Shown: piece by piece, positions 1-8,746 of the stretch
Numbering within the stretch: position 1 is the stretch's first letter
Layout of the letters: the number at the start of each line of letters is the position of its first letter
Virus record (IMG/VR): IMGVR_UViG_3300032738_000111
Span: 1-64,000 of that record
From: a virus
Reading direction: 5' to 3' (one strand)
DNA length: 64,000 bases
The notes under the pieces: model-generated
Databases searched by the model: none
Seen by the model: the letters and a program-made list of their open reading frames with translations, nothing else
What the model was told of the DNA's origin: nothing
Position numbers and translations under genes: made by a program

Positions 1-696
1 GGCTAGCTGCGTGTCGTATACCCAAAACTCCTTCTTGCTTGCTTCGATGAGTCGCTTGCAACCGTGCATATCGCCGCCGATGATGATACTCACGCAGACA
101 ATATCGAGCAGCGGCACCATGTTCTTGATGTTCGGGTAGCAGACTGCGGTGCCGCAGCGTACCCCCTGGTCGTTGTTGCGATTCGTTAGCTCGCCAATGA
201 CTCTCTTCTCAGCACTAGTCATCGGTTTGCCGCGACCGGGTTCGTCAATGTTGTAGGCTACAATCTCCGGCCATTGGTCGGGATACTTGGACATGCTCCG
301 GGCGAGTTTAGTGAGGTAGGCCTTGCCAGCAAACTGTCCTTGTCCATGCCCTGGCAGCGGGTTCTTCTCAGCGGCCTTGACCTTCTCCCAGTCAGGTACG
401 AGTTGCGCGAATGTTGCCTCCCCGATGTTGGCAAACGCAAAGACAGGGAATTGCGGGTCAAGCATTTCCTCCTCAATAGCTATGTCTATCTGGTCGCGGA
501 ACTCCTCGACCGTGCCATACTCAATGACAAACGTGTTCATCCCGTACTTCTTCATCAGCTTGACGTGTGCTCGCCAGTTCTGCACGCCGCCGATATGCGA
601 ACGGTAGGCATACGTTCCGAAACCCGTCTGCGCCTGCGGAACCGTTGCGGCCAGTAGTACGAGTGCGGCTATGGCAAACGCCCTTAGCATTCTCAT
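1..696 (-). CDS. Secreted glycoside-hydrolase-like (TIM-barrel) protein, 3'-truncated by window edge
   Basis: Not in ORF track. Manual translation from ATG at 696 stays open to base 1: MRMLRAFAIAALVLLAATVPQAQTGFG (signal peptide)...LMKKYGMNTFV...IVAYNIDEPG...EFWVY. The GMNT and DEP motifs resemble GH-like barrels. Confidence 0.6.
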   Translation of the reverse strand, partial: MRMLRAFAIAALVLLAATVPQAQTGFGTYAYRSHIGGVQNWRAHVKLMKKYGMNTFVIEYGTVEEFRDQIDIAIEEEMLDPQFPVFAFANIGEATFAQLVPDWEKVKAAEKNPLPGHGQGQFAGKAYLTKLARSMSKYPDQWPEIVAYNIDEPGRGKPMTSAEKRVIGELTNRNNDQGVRCGTAVCYPNIKNMVPLLDIVCVSIIIGGDMHGCKRLIEASKKEFWVYDTQLA

Positions 697-698
697 AA

Positions 699-1637
699 TT
701 AGTCAGTCCCCTTTGTAGCTCTGTTTGCTGCGGCCTCTCGTGCTCGTTTCCGCCTTGCCCGTAAGCTCGTCTTGGTACGTGTTCGCATCATCTTGATATG
801 CGCGCGGGCCTCTGGTTCATACGGCTTACCCGGTATGCTACTGCTGTGCGTCTCCTCCGCGTAGAAGTCATCCAATTCGACCGGGCGCACCTTGGCAGAG
901 GTCAGGTAGCCGTGAGGTATCAGTAGTTGCGTATTGTTCGCGGGGAATACATCTCCATCGCTTGTCAGGTGTTCCCTCCCGTGGTCAACGCCCATCTGCC
1001 GCAGGCTACGCAAGATGTCCCCAGGTATATAGCCAGCCTCACGCAAGCTCCGTATCGAGTCATCGCCATTGTTGCTGTCGCTCTTGCTTATCTTGGCACC
1101 GGTAAGCTCATGGCGTATGGTCGGCATATACTGCTGGCATGGCGTCTTCCAACCTAGCGCGCAACAGAAGTAGTCGTAAAGCTCCGTCTGCGCTATCAAG
1201 TCGGCCCCTCTGTAGAATCCGCCAATCTCCATTGTGTGGTCATCAACAACGCTGGTGAATGTAAGCCAAGGATGGTATGGGTGTTCAATTGCCGGTGTTG
1301 CATCCATGTTGGTAACCGCGCGGTTTGTGCCCCAGAAGCGTGGCACCTGCGGGACTAGCCTCTGGTTCGCTTCCCAGTGTGCATCGGCGTTCCTCGTGCT
1401 CCACATCACATCGTCCGGCGACAACCCCAGCCAAGCCAAGTCCTCAATGTAGTGTTCAACAAGCGTGGCTATGGAGTGGCACCCCTTCGCGTATTGCTTC
1501 AAGTAGTACGGCGCGTCGTGCAGGTGCAAGATGAACTTGCCACCAGTGTGAAACGCCTTTGCCCAGTTGGCTTCGATGATCCGGATATGCCCGATGTGCA
1601 GGTCGTGATATATTGCGATGGAAAAGCGTGTGTTCAT
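699..1637 (-). CDS. Divergent glutamyl-tRNA synthetase / GluQ-like class I aaRS catalytic-domain protein (no anticodon-binding domain)
   Basis: MNTRF...LHIGHIR (HIGH), GGKFILHLHD, DLAWLGL, VVDDHTMEI..YRGADL, GAKISKS (KMSKS), SIRSLREAGY. Collinear with the GluRS Rossmann fold. Start placed at MNTRF. Confidence 0.8.
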   Translation of the reverse strand: MNTRFSIAIYHDLHIGHIRIIEANWAKAFHTGGKFILHLHDAPYYLKQYAKGCHSIATLVEHYIEDLAWLGLSPDDVMWSTRNADAHWEANQRLVPQVPRFWGTNRAVTNMDATPAIEHPYHPWLTFTSVVDDHTMEIGGFYRGADLIAQTELYDYFCCALGWKTPCQQYMPTIRHELTGAKISKSDSNNGDDSIRSLREAGYIPGDILRSLRQMGVDHGREHLTSDGDVFPANNTQLLIPHGYLTSAKVRPVELDDFYAEETHSSSIPGKPYEPEARAHIKMMRTRTKTSLRARRKRAREAAANRATKGTD

Positions 1638-1659
1638 TGAAAACCCCCATTCGTTTCGT

Positions 1660-1699
1660 GTTGAAGAAAGAGGGGCGGCAGCCGATAGACCGCCGCCCC
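1660..1699 (-). terminator. Probable intrinsic terminator/attenuator after prepilin gene
   Basis: GGGGCGGC...GCCGCCCC stem followed by TCTTTCTT on the minus strand. Confidence 0.55.
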
Positions 1700-1720
1700 A
1701 TCCGTGTCTATTGGCGTGGT

Positions 1721-2437
1721 CTACGGTTGGGCTTCGATGGCCGCCCACCAGTTCAGGCCCGACATCATTTCGCCCTGAGTCAACCCCTTCACATGGCCGT
1801 CGCGGAAACACATATTGTTCCTGTTGCCATGCGCGGCGTACTTTGCCTGATACGGTTGTGCTGGCGTGCCCTTCTCCGCCCCCTTAGGCTCGTAGAAGTA
1901 GGTGGCGTGGCCGTAGAAGTCGCAGCTATCAGGGGATACCATCAGCTCAGGCGGGATGGATATGTCTGCTACCATCATCGCGTTCGCCGCCGACAGCCCC
2001 ATGTGTTCATAGACATTGGTCGCATCTATATTCCACTGCGGGGTCTGGCCGGGCCATGAGCCGCCGCCAGCCCAGGGCAGCCCGTAGGTTGTCTTCTTGC
2101 CCTTGCCGTCGCATACGAATACGGGATTGATGTCGTTCGTCCACCTGTTCCTGATAGGCAACCCATAAGGTCCGAGTTTGTGCAGGCCATTCGAACCGGG
2201 GTAGTCGGTATCTCCAGCATTCCAGGTAAGCATCGGGCCGAACCCGTCATGGTCTCCGCAGTATTGGATAAGAGCCAGTCCAATCTGCTTGAGGTTGCTG
2301 ACACAGGTTGCCGTCTTTGCCTTCTCCCGCGCCTTTGCGAAGACGGGGAAGAGGATCGCCGCCAGCACCGCGATTATCGCGATGACTACCAGCAATTCAA
2401 TGAGCGTAAAGCCGAGTTTTGATTTGTAGGCCTTCAT
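1721..2437 (-). CDS. Prepilin-type N-terminal cleavage/methylation protein with DUF1559 and H-X9-DG C-terminal motif
   Basis: [47 protein letters not shown]; C-terminal [15 protein letters not shown]; GGAGAG RBS. Confidence 0.93.
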   Translation of the reverse strand: MKAYKSKLGFTLIELLVVIAIIAVLAAILFPVFAKAREKAKTATCVSNLKQIGLALIQYCGDHDGFGPMLTWNAGDTDYPGSNGLHKLGPYGLPIRNRWTNDINPVFVCDGKGKKTTYGLPWAGGGSWPGQTPQWNIDATNVYEHMGLSAANAMMVADISIPPELMVSPDSCDFYGHATYFYEPKGAEKGTPAQPYQAKYAAHGNRNNMCFRDGHVKGLTQGEMMSGLNWWAAIEAQP

Positions 2438-2559
2438 GTTTGTCTCTCCATTCAGTTGTCAAGGTTCGCGTGTTGCTACTGCTGTCACCCTGCTTGCGTC
2501 TTGTCTGTGCCCCTAGTTGTTAGTGTCCTCCTTTCACTGCTGGATTTGGGTTCGCCGTA

Positions 2560-3177
2560 CTAGGCCTTCCCGCTCGGTGGCTTTGGGTGCGGGCCTTCAG
2601 GCCTTGGCACATCCATTGTCGGATTTACTGTAGCGTAGCCACTGCGGAGTATGTCAGGCGGGCGTTCACACTCCTGCATTTCCTCGTCACTTGGCCTCTT
2701 CACTGGCCTTGTGTAGCGGTCAAATGTATAGCTTGCACGCGGGAAAGATAGGCGTCGGCTGTTCTGTTGTTTTGGCTTGAGCCATCGGCAAAGGCGGCGG
2801 AGCCAACTGATACGTTCCTGGCGCAGCGTATCCTTTGCGAGTAAGACAAGCTGTCTTACCTGCTCTGCGAGCTCGTCCTCGGCACCGTCGCCATAAGCCG
2901 ATACAATGCGATACTCCCGCCAGCCGCGGTCAGTTGCAAGTGCGATACTGGCCGTTATCTTGGGCTCAGCAACGACGGCACTACGCAGACTCGCTGGCCT
3001 GGTATTCCGGTAGCAGCGCACCTCAACGCGCGGCCCAAAGAAGTTGCTAGTCTCAAACCAACCGCAACTGTGGTATGACCAACGCCATCCCTGTTTGCCC
3101 TGCTTTGTTCTTTCAGCGAGGCGCGCGATTACTTCCTGTAGCAGTTCGCGTTCTTCGCCCGTCGGGTTGCGACCCAT
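2560..3177 (-). CDS. Hypothetical protein
   Basis: 205 aa ORF with GGGGTG RBS in a co-oriented run. Confidence 0.6.
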   Translation of the reverse strand: MGRNPTGEERELLQEVIARLAERTKQGKQGWRWSYHSCGWFETSNFFGPRVEVRCYRNTRPASLRSAVVAEPKITASIALATDRGWREYRIVSAYGDGAEDELAEQVRQLVLLAKDTLRQERISWLRRLCRWLKPKQQNSRRLSFPRASYTFDRYTRPVKRPSDEEMQECERPPDILRSGYATVNPTMDVPRPEGPHPKPPSGKA

Positions 3178-3194
3178 TGCCTGTCACCCCTTCG

Positions 3195-3308
3195 CTATTC
3201 CCCTTTGGCCTTCCCGTATCCCCACAACACCAACACGACAACCAGCACCACCTCGAAGACGAATAGACTGATAGCGCCGAGCCAGAACATTGGAATGTGG
3301 AAGTCCAT
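3195..3308 (-). CDS. Small single-pass membrane protein
   Basis: MDFHIPMFWLGAISLFVFEVVLVVVLVLWGYGK; GGAGGAG RBS. Confidence 0.55.
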   Translation of the reverse strand: MDFHIPMFWLGAISLFVFEVVLVVVLVLWGYGKAKGE

Positions 3309-3309
3309 G

Positions 3310-3972
3310 TTATTCGCCCTCCTCCAACTTCGGCCTGAATCGCTTGTGCCACTCTGGGTTACTTGTCTCAGACGCGAGTACGCCCTGCCGAGCCACCAAG
3401 TCTTCCGCCCATAGCCGCCAACACTGCCCCGTTGGATAGCATGGGCAGTCAGCGCACTCGCTGTGTTCTGGGCAGAGGTCATCCACATCAAGCCATCTAG
3501 TAATGTGGCAGCTAGACCAGTGGATGCCTGCGCCGAACGGGCAGGCCTCGCCGTGCGCTGCGGACAGCCACTCTATTACGAAGTCGAGGGCGTCCTTGCC
3601 CTTGTCTGCCCAAGTTGGCGCGGGTATTGGCTCATCAAGTATCTCAATGCCCTTCTCTACACCTTGGGTCAATAACCACAAGCGTCCAGGGTCGCCCCAG
3701 TCCTCCTCATCACCTCCGCTACCTGCTATCTTGGCCTGTCGGCGCGGCGGCCCCTCATCAATGACTAGTACCTGACTGCTGTCCTCACAGATGTATATCT
3801 CAAACGAAATCCCTGGCGGTAGGTCGCCCACCTCGGCAGCAACCAACTCCTCTATCGCACTGCTTCTGCCTGCCTTTAGGAGACGGCGTTGGCGTGCGAG
3901 TACTCTAAGAACCGCGTCCTGTTCCTCTTCGTGCTCAGTTAGTTCCTGCACCATCGCCCTGCGCCCCTTCAC
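3310..3972 (-). CDS. Hypothetical protein with Cys-rich C-terminus
   Basis: 220 aa ORF; GTGA overlap with upstream gene. Confidence 0.6.
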   Translation of the reverse strand: MKGRRAMVQELTEHEEEQDAVLRVLARQRRLLKAGRSSAIEELVAAEVGDLPPGISFEIYICEDSSQVLVIDEGPPRRQAKIAGSGGDEEDWGDPGRLWLLTQGVEKGIEILDEPIPAPTWADKGKDALDFVIEWLSAAHGEACPFGAGIHWSSCHITRWLDVDDLCPEHSECADCPCYPTGQCWRLWAEDLVARQGVLASETSNPEWHKRFRPKLEEGE

Positions 3973-4154
3973 CTGTAATCGTTACAGTGAAACCCGCTAC
4001 CCCGAAAGATGATAGCCAGTGGCGGAGAAATCACCCGCCGCAGCTTGCCCCTGCAACCCTTGACTAGACAGGTCTTCGGCGCTTGCTCGTCTCGCGCATG
4101 GCGGACCTCAAAAGTGTGGCCGCAACTTTTGCAACGGTATTCATAGAGGGGCAT
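3969..4154 (-). CDS. FmdB-family zinc-ribbon regulatory protein
   Basis: MPLYEYRCKSCGHTFE...C..C..KLRRVIS...IFRGSGFH.NDY, the classic FmdB/CxxC_CxxC_SSSS pattern. Confidence 0.85.
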   Translation of the reverse strand: MPLYEYRCKSCGHTFEVRHARDEQAPKTCLVKGCRGKLRRVISPPLAIIFRGSGFHCNDYR

Positions 4155-4171
4155 GGGCTAGCTTTCCTGCA

Positions 4172-4375
4172 CTACCCGTTTCCCAGCGCCAATATGATCA
4201 TTATGCCCAGCAGCACACTCCAAATAGCAACCAACGCCCAGTGCTTGCTTGCCGCCCTCACGCCGGCATTATCGTTTGCATCACATATCGCGCTAGCCAC
4301 TACACAAATAACACTCAATACTGAGGTTACAGCTACAACAATGTCTATCGCCATCGCCCTCACCCCTTCTAACAA
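4172..4375 (-). CDS. Small two-TM membrane protein
   Basis: Two hydrophobic segments. Confidence 0.55.
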   Translation of the reverse strand: MLEGVRAMAIDIVVAVTSVLSVICVVASAICDANDNAGVRAASKHWALVAIWSVLLGIMIILALGNG

Positions 4376-4866
4376 TCTGCCTCCAACTTCGCCCTGTACG
4401 GTTCCAAGTTCACGCCCGCCTCCACCAGCAACGCCCAGTTCTCCTCTGTCTCCTCTGCCGACAACTCTACCGCCTGCCAGACCTCCGCGCGATTCCCAAA
4501 CCTGGCAATCAGGAACTGCCAGGGAACATCGGCGCGGCTGGCGAGGTTGATTGCCTCTTCATCCCATGTGTCCTTGAGCTTCAGTTGCTCGTACATTGCC
4601 AGGTTGGGTAGGAGTAGCCAGTTGGTGACGCTGGCTAGCCCATCTGTTATGTAGGTGAAGAGGGCTTCGTGGAATGGGTCAGCGGGGGCGGGCTGGACGG
4701 CGGCAAGCAGCTCCGCAAGGGATGTGATGCCGAACCTGTGCTCAATCCTCATGACATCGCGTTCGCTGAGTTCGTTGAGATAGTCAGTCATCATCGCATT
4801 CGCCCTGGGGCTGAATTGGCCGCCTGCATCAGTCTGCTTCACAGTCGCACCCCTCCGCATTGGCAA
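4369..4866 (-). CDS. Hypothetical protein
   Basis: 165 aa ORF in operon. Confidence 0.55.
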   Translation of the reverse strand: MPMRRGATVKQTDAGGQFSPRANAMMTDYLNELSERDVMRIEHRFGITSLAELLAAVQPAPADPFHEALFTYITDGLASVTNWLLLPNLAMYEQLKLKDTWDEEAINLASRADVPWQFLIARFGNRAEVWQAVELSAEETEENWALLVEAGVNLEPYRAKLEADC

Positions 4867-5191
4867 GGTAAGTCACATCGAAGACGGCCTCGTGTTGAGC
4901 GCTGGGCTGGAGCATTACCGTCAGGACATCCTTGACCTCGCAGCCAATCACCGCAGCGCAGGCCTTATCACAAATCCCCCAGAACTCAACCACCCCTATG
5001 TCCTTGCTAACCCTGCCCAAGGCGTTCCGCTTACACAGCCAATCCCTGGCCTTGTCGTATAGAGCATGGGGATCATCCTTCCCGCCACGCCATTGGACGG
5101 CGATGTCATCAACAATCGGTATGCCAAACTGCTCTTTGATATACGGTTCGGCCTCCGCGTATTCTATGCGGACTTCCTTCTTAGCCCTCAT
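4829..5191 (-). CDS. Hypothetical protein, paralogue family A
   Basis: C-terminus ACAAVIGCEVKDVLTV...FDVTYLANAEG resembles neighbouring ORFs. Confidence 0.6.
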   Translation of the reverse strand: MRAKKEVRIEYAEAEPYIKEQFGIPIVDDIAVQWRGGKDDPHALYDKARDWLCKRNALGRVSKDIGVVEFWGICDKACAAVIGCEVKDVLTVMLQPSAQHEAVFDVTYLANAEGCDCEAD

Positions 5192-5717
5192 CGCACCCCT
5201 CCGCCTCAGCCAAGTACCGCACTATCCACACACTGAATGCCTGCTTGTCAATGTCAATGATGTCCTCGCTGCCTACGCCTAGCAGCGCCGCCGCCACCTT
5301 GCACCCCAGCTCCCCATTGTCTACAGTTGCACCCGGCTCTATCATTTCCGTTACCGGCGCAACCGCAGGCAAGTTCCTCACTAATCGCCTTGCTACCTCA
5401 CGGGTATAGTCAGGCCAGCTCCAATCACCCTCCTCGTCTGGGTCGGGCGGCTCAACATCAATTCCCTCGGCGTGCTGAGGACGCTTGCCTAAACCTTCGG
5501 GTCGCGCCGGGCATCTGTACCCTTCCTCGCTCGCGCAGTAGGCAAGTATGACAAGGAACCCGCGTTCGTCACAATGACCGTCGAGCTTGAGGTGCTCTGA
5601 AACAACATCCTGCGCGAAACGGATGAAGTCCCCGCCTGGCAAAGACGCCGCGCTGATTTGGACGGTCTTGACTGTGCGAACTTGCGGCTTCTGTTGGCGC
5701 ATCCAGTCAGTCGCCAT
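5181..5717 (-). CDS. Hypothetical protein, paralogue family A (long insertion)
   Basis: VRTVKTVQI...VAAALLGVGSEDIIDIDK...WIVRYLAEAEG. Confidence 0.6.
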   Translation of the reverse strand: MATDWMRQQKPQVRTVKTVQISAASLPGGDFIRFAQDVVSEHLKLDGHCDERGFLVILAYCASEEGYRCPARPEGLGKRPQHAEGIDVEPPDPDEEGDWSWPDYTREVARRLVRNLPAVAPVTEMIEPGATVDNGELGCKVAAALLGVGSEDIIDIDKQAFSVWIVRYLAEAEGCDEG

Positions 5718-5743
5718 TGGCGTTGCCCCTTGCGATAACTTCT

Positions 5744-6025
5744 CTATTTTGTGGCAGACCCATTCTGCGGAAGCGGAATGTATTCCGGCACAAGTACCTG
5801 CGCACAGCACTTGATGCCTTCCCGACGTTGGACTGCGTATAGATAGAGGAGTATCTCAGTTACTTCTTCTTTGTCTTCAGGATTCGCAGGTAACTCCTCG
5901 CCGCAGCCTGAGCAGTAGCTGCTTTGCAGTTCCTCGTATCCAACAGGGCCGTGTCTATTATGCCATGTCTGCGTCCCGCTATCCCATACCCATTCCCCAC
6001 AATTACAGGTCGGCGTACTTTTCAT
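5744..6025 (-). CDS. Small Cys-rich (zinc-finger-like) protein
   Basis: CNCGEW...YCSGCGEEL. Confidence 0.5.
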   Translation of the reverse strand: MKSTPTCNCGEWVWDSGTQTWHNRHGPVGYEELQSSYCSGCGEELPANPEDKEEVTEILLYLYAVQRREGIKCCAQVLVPEYIPLPQNGSATK

Positions 6026-6264
6026 GCGTTGCCCTCCCCCTGCTTCTCCTGCCAGTGGATGCAACCGAACTTGGAACCCGTGTATAAATCCGGAGGCGAC
6101 CAAGGGTCTTCTTGGTCTACATAAACATGCTCGGAACTCGGCGGCCCAGGCCTATCCCACCGCACGAATGTTTCGCAGGCGCCAAGGGCCACGAGCTTCT
6201 CCGCCAACTGTTCGCGGAGCTTCGATGGCTTCCAGAACCTACACGTCTCGCAGTACCCTTCCAC
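6022..6264 (-). CDS. Cys-rich small protein, paralogue family B
   Basis: CETCRFW...GACE...YTGSKFGCIHW. Confidence 0.65.
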   Translation of the reverse strand: MEGYCETCRFWKPSKLREQLAEKLVALGACETFVRWDRPGPPSSEHVYVDQEDPWSPPDLYTGSKFGCIHWQEKQGEGNA

Positions 6265-6265
6265 C

Positions 6266-6517
6266 CTAGTCCTCCCGTTGCTTCTTCCGCCAGTGGATGC
6301 AACTGAACCTAGAGCCTGTGTATGAATTCGGCCCCGACATCGGGTCCTCGAACTGCACATAGATATGCTCAATGTTCGGCGGCCAACTCGCTTCCTCCGC
6401 TTCGTATTCTACCACTGCCTCGCAAGTGCCAAAGCCGTCGAAGTCGTGCTTTAGACTCCATGATGATTCGGCAATCTTTTCGGGGTGCCAGAACCTACAC
6501 GTCTCGCATCGTTGCAT
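6266..6517 (-). CDS. Cys-rich small protein, paralogue family B
   Basis: CETCRFW...GTCE...YTGSRFSCIHW. Confidence 0.7.
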   Translation of the reverse strand: MQRCETCRFWHPEKIAESSWSLKHDFDGFGTCEAVVEYEAEEASWPPNIEHIYVQFEDPMSGPNSYTGSRFSCIHWRKKQRED

Positions 6518-6523
6518 GATGAC

Positions 6524-6552
6524 AGTTTACCGAAAACACTATAGGTTGTCAA
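6524..6552 (-). promoter_or_regulatory. Sigma70-type promoter, probably leaderless transcript
   Basis: TTGACA-17 nt-TAAACT, with ATG (6517) 6 nt downstream of the -10 box. Confidence 0.6.
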
Positions 6553-6730
6553 GGTGCTTCTGTTCGGCGAGGTAGGTGACCGTCCAACAGCGTTCCGATT
6601 CCTTCTCCACATTCAGGATGCTACCCCTGCCTATGCCGAGAGCCTCTGCTGCAATAGCCCGTTCCGTAAGCGGGGTACGTCGCAGCTGCACCGTCTTGAT
6701 TTCGCGTACCTCAGTACTCGGCTTGCCCAT
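6539..6730 (-). CDS. Hypothetical protein, paralogue family A
   Basis: VREIKTVQL...IAAEALGIGRGSILNVEK...WTVTYLAE. Confidence 0.6.
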   Translation of the reverse strand: MGKPSTEVREIKTVQLRRTPLTERAIAAEALGIGRGSILNVEKESERCWTVTYLAEQKHLDNL

Positions 6731-6843
6731 TGGTCTTGCCCCTTTTCCCTTAGTTGTTTTGGTGGCATAGCCGGGACGTCGTCTAATGGGAAGACTACCT
6801 ACGCCCACTTCGTCGTTTGCAGGTTTGCGTCCCGTCGCCCCGG

Positions 6844-7050
6844 CTATACCAATGCGGCAGCTTCGGGTTCATCATCCTTTGGTATCGACGGCTCAGTCAC
6901 ATAGACCACATCCCAACACTCCCTATCGGTTTCGGTAATGGAAATGATTCGCCCGTACCTGGTTTTCGCAATAAACCTAGCAAGCGCCTGCTCAATGTTG
7001 ACTACGAGCCCACCAACTACCCGCGTCCTCCTTATTCCGCAACTCATCAT
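6844..7050 (-). CDS. Hypothetical protein, paralogue family A
   Basis: GIRRTRVV...GRIISITETDRECWDVVYVTE. Confidence 0.65.
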   Translation of the reverse strand: MMSCGIRRTRVVGGLVVNIEQALARFIAKTRYGRIISITETDRECWDVVYVTEPSIPKDDEPEAAALV

Positions 7051-7065
7051 TCTCGCCCCTTTTCG

Positions 7066-7257
7066 TCAGTTGTCCGCACACTCGGCTTCTGGCATCGGCG
7101 TTTCGGGTGTGTAGGTTATTTCCCAACCCTCCCTATCTTGAACGATAGAGATGATGTGCCCATGCTTGACTGCCGCCTTGAACTTAGCGATTGCGTGGTC
7201 AATCTCAAATATGCGACTCGTTTCGACTACTCGCGCCTTCTTTATTTCCCAGCACAT
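7066..7257 (-). CDS. Hypothetical protein, paralogue family A
   Basis: EIKKARVV...GHIISIVQDREGWEITYTPE. Confidence 0.65.
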   Translation of the reverse strand: MCWEIKKARVVETSRIFEIDHAIAKFKAAVKHGHIISIVQDREGWEITYTPETPMPEAECADN

Positions 7258-7296
7258 ACCCTTGCCCCTTTCACTTCATGGTGTGCGGTGTGCGGG

Positions 7297-8559
7297 TTAG
7301 CTTGCGGCGGGTGTGGCGGTCGGTTCAAGTAGGTGCCCTAGTTCCGCAAGGGCTTCCTGCTCCCAACGGAGGCGGACTAGGGTGCCCTCGTTAGACGTTG
7401 TCCAGTAGTGACATTCATCGCAGAGGCAGATACCGTTTGCAACCTCGCTACGGAGTTCTGCGTATTTAGCGAATGCGGCCTTATGGTGGACGTGAAGGTC
7501 GTTACTGTGTTTGCTGAAGCCCTCGCCGCAACGCTGACAAGTATAGGCGTCGCGCTTGCGACAGTTGCGCTTGAACGATTTCCCTTCCTTGGTGGACTGC
7601 CAGTGATTTCTCTCGCCCGAACCCCCCTGCCAATTATGAACCTTATCACCGCGATAGTGCTTACTTCGATACTCAGCATAGCATCGCTTGTGGTTGCAAA
7701 ACTTTCTGTCCCCGTCACATAGAAATACCTCAAATTCCCTTCCGCAGTTTTCGCAGGTCAATTTTGGGTGTATTGTTTTGACAATCTGTTTCACGCGATT
7801 AGCACTATCCCACAACCCGCGATGCTTCGGGTTACAGAAGACATTGCCACTTTCAGGAATCTGGCCGGGGTGGCGCTTCACAGGCCCTTCGCACCAAGCG
7901 CATTCGAGCTGGAGTTTTCCGCCCTTCCAGCTATGGCTCTCCTTACCACTACTCGTACCCGGTAGGCGGCCCCGCTTTTCTATTTCGTGGGTACGGAGTG
8001 CAACATAGACATGGCTAAGGGAACAATCCAAGTCATTAGCAATGGCAACCATAGTCTGTGTAGCATAAGCTCGTTCAAGCCATTCCTTGTTATTTAGTTC
8101 GGGTATACGAAAGAGTTTTGGGCCGTGCTTTCGGTACTTTTCGCGGCGACCAATCTTAGCGCATTCAGAACGGCAATACTGGCGTGTGCCAGGCGCTGGC
8201 TTGCCACAGATAGGGCACGGCGTGGGTTCTGCAGGAATAACGCCCCTCTCTCTACGCTCTACCCCATTCGCCTTGAACGCGTTATAGAGCGTTGATGTAG
8301 CTATGTGTAGCTTTTGTGATACAGCGCCGAGGGACATCGGGCTCCGATAAAGACTAACGGCTTCCGCGAAAAGCTCTGGGTCTCTCCAGATGGCGCTCCT
8401 ATTCCGGCCTAGACGATTCATTATGCCGAACTGCTTGAGTGCGCGCCCAACGGTTGTAGTGCCGCAACCTAATTTAGAAGCGATGCTAGCTGCGGAATAT
8501 ATAGTATAGGCATCCTTGAGCCATTCTTTGTCATTCAGTTCAGGTATCCGAGAGGCCAT
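7297..8559 (-). CDS. Multidomain HNH endonuclease (repeated HTH and zinc-binding modules)
   Basis: Two RIPELNxKEWL-HTH modules, several CxxC...FC modules, HSWKGG/HNWQGG, C-terminal RDAYTCQRCG..LHVHH..NGICLCDECH. Confidence 0.85.
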   Translation of the reverse strand: MASRIPELNDKEWLKDAYTIYSAASIASKLGCGTTTVGRALKQFGIMNRLGRNRSAIWRDPELFAEAVSLYRSPMSLGAVSQKLHIATSTLYNAFKANGVERRERGVIPAEPTPCPICGKPAPGTRQYCRSECAKIGRREKYRKHGPKLFRIPELNNKEWLERAYATQTMVAIANDLDCSLSHVYVALRTHEIEKRGRLPGTSSGKESHSWKGGKLQLECAWCEGPVKRHPGQIPESGNVFCNPKHRGLWDSANRVKQIVKTIHPKLTCENCGREFEVFLCDGDRKFCNHKRCYAEYRSKHYRGDKVHNWQGGSGERNHWQSTKEGKSFKRNCRKRDAYTCQRCGEGFSKHSNDLHVHHKAAFAKYAELRSEVANGICLCDECHYWTTSNEGTLVRLRWEQEALAELGHLLEPTATPAAS

Positions 8560-8708
8560 TACCCCTCGCCCCCTTCTCGCTCAACCTTCTCCGCAATCGC
8601 TTGCCGGATATACTCCGACCGGCTCATGCGCGCCTGCCAGCGAGCGTCCTCCAACCGCTCAAGGAAAGCCTCGTCAACAAAGAACAGAACCTGCTTATCC
8701 TTCTTCAT
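8559..8708 (-). CDS. Ribbon-helix-helix (CopG-like) regulator
   Basis: Manual translation MKKDKQVLFFVDEAFLERLEDARWQARMSRSEYIRQAIAEKVEREGGEG; TAATG coupling to the HNH gene. Confidence 0.75.
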   Translation of the reverse strand: MKKDKQVLFFVDEAFLERLEDARWQARMSRSEYIRQAIAEKVEREGGEG

Positions 8709-8746
8709 GGTCTGCGCTTCCTGTGTTAGACTAGGTACTGTTATAG

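Noticed and set aside
1638-1811. N-terminal extension of the aaRS-like ORF
   Set aside because: It overlaps the prepilin gene and terminator; homology begins at MNTRF.
2438-2559. Strong AAAGGAGG and TTGACA upstream of the prepilin gene
   Set aside because: No start codon follows the SD, and no -10 box lies at proper spacing; cannot support a feature.
4829-5191. GCEVK as a PD-(D/E)XK nuclease motif
   Set aside because: The segment aligns with the non-catalytic family A paralogues, where it is not conserved.
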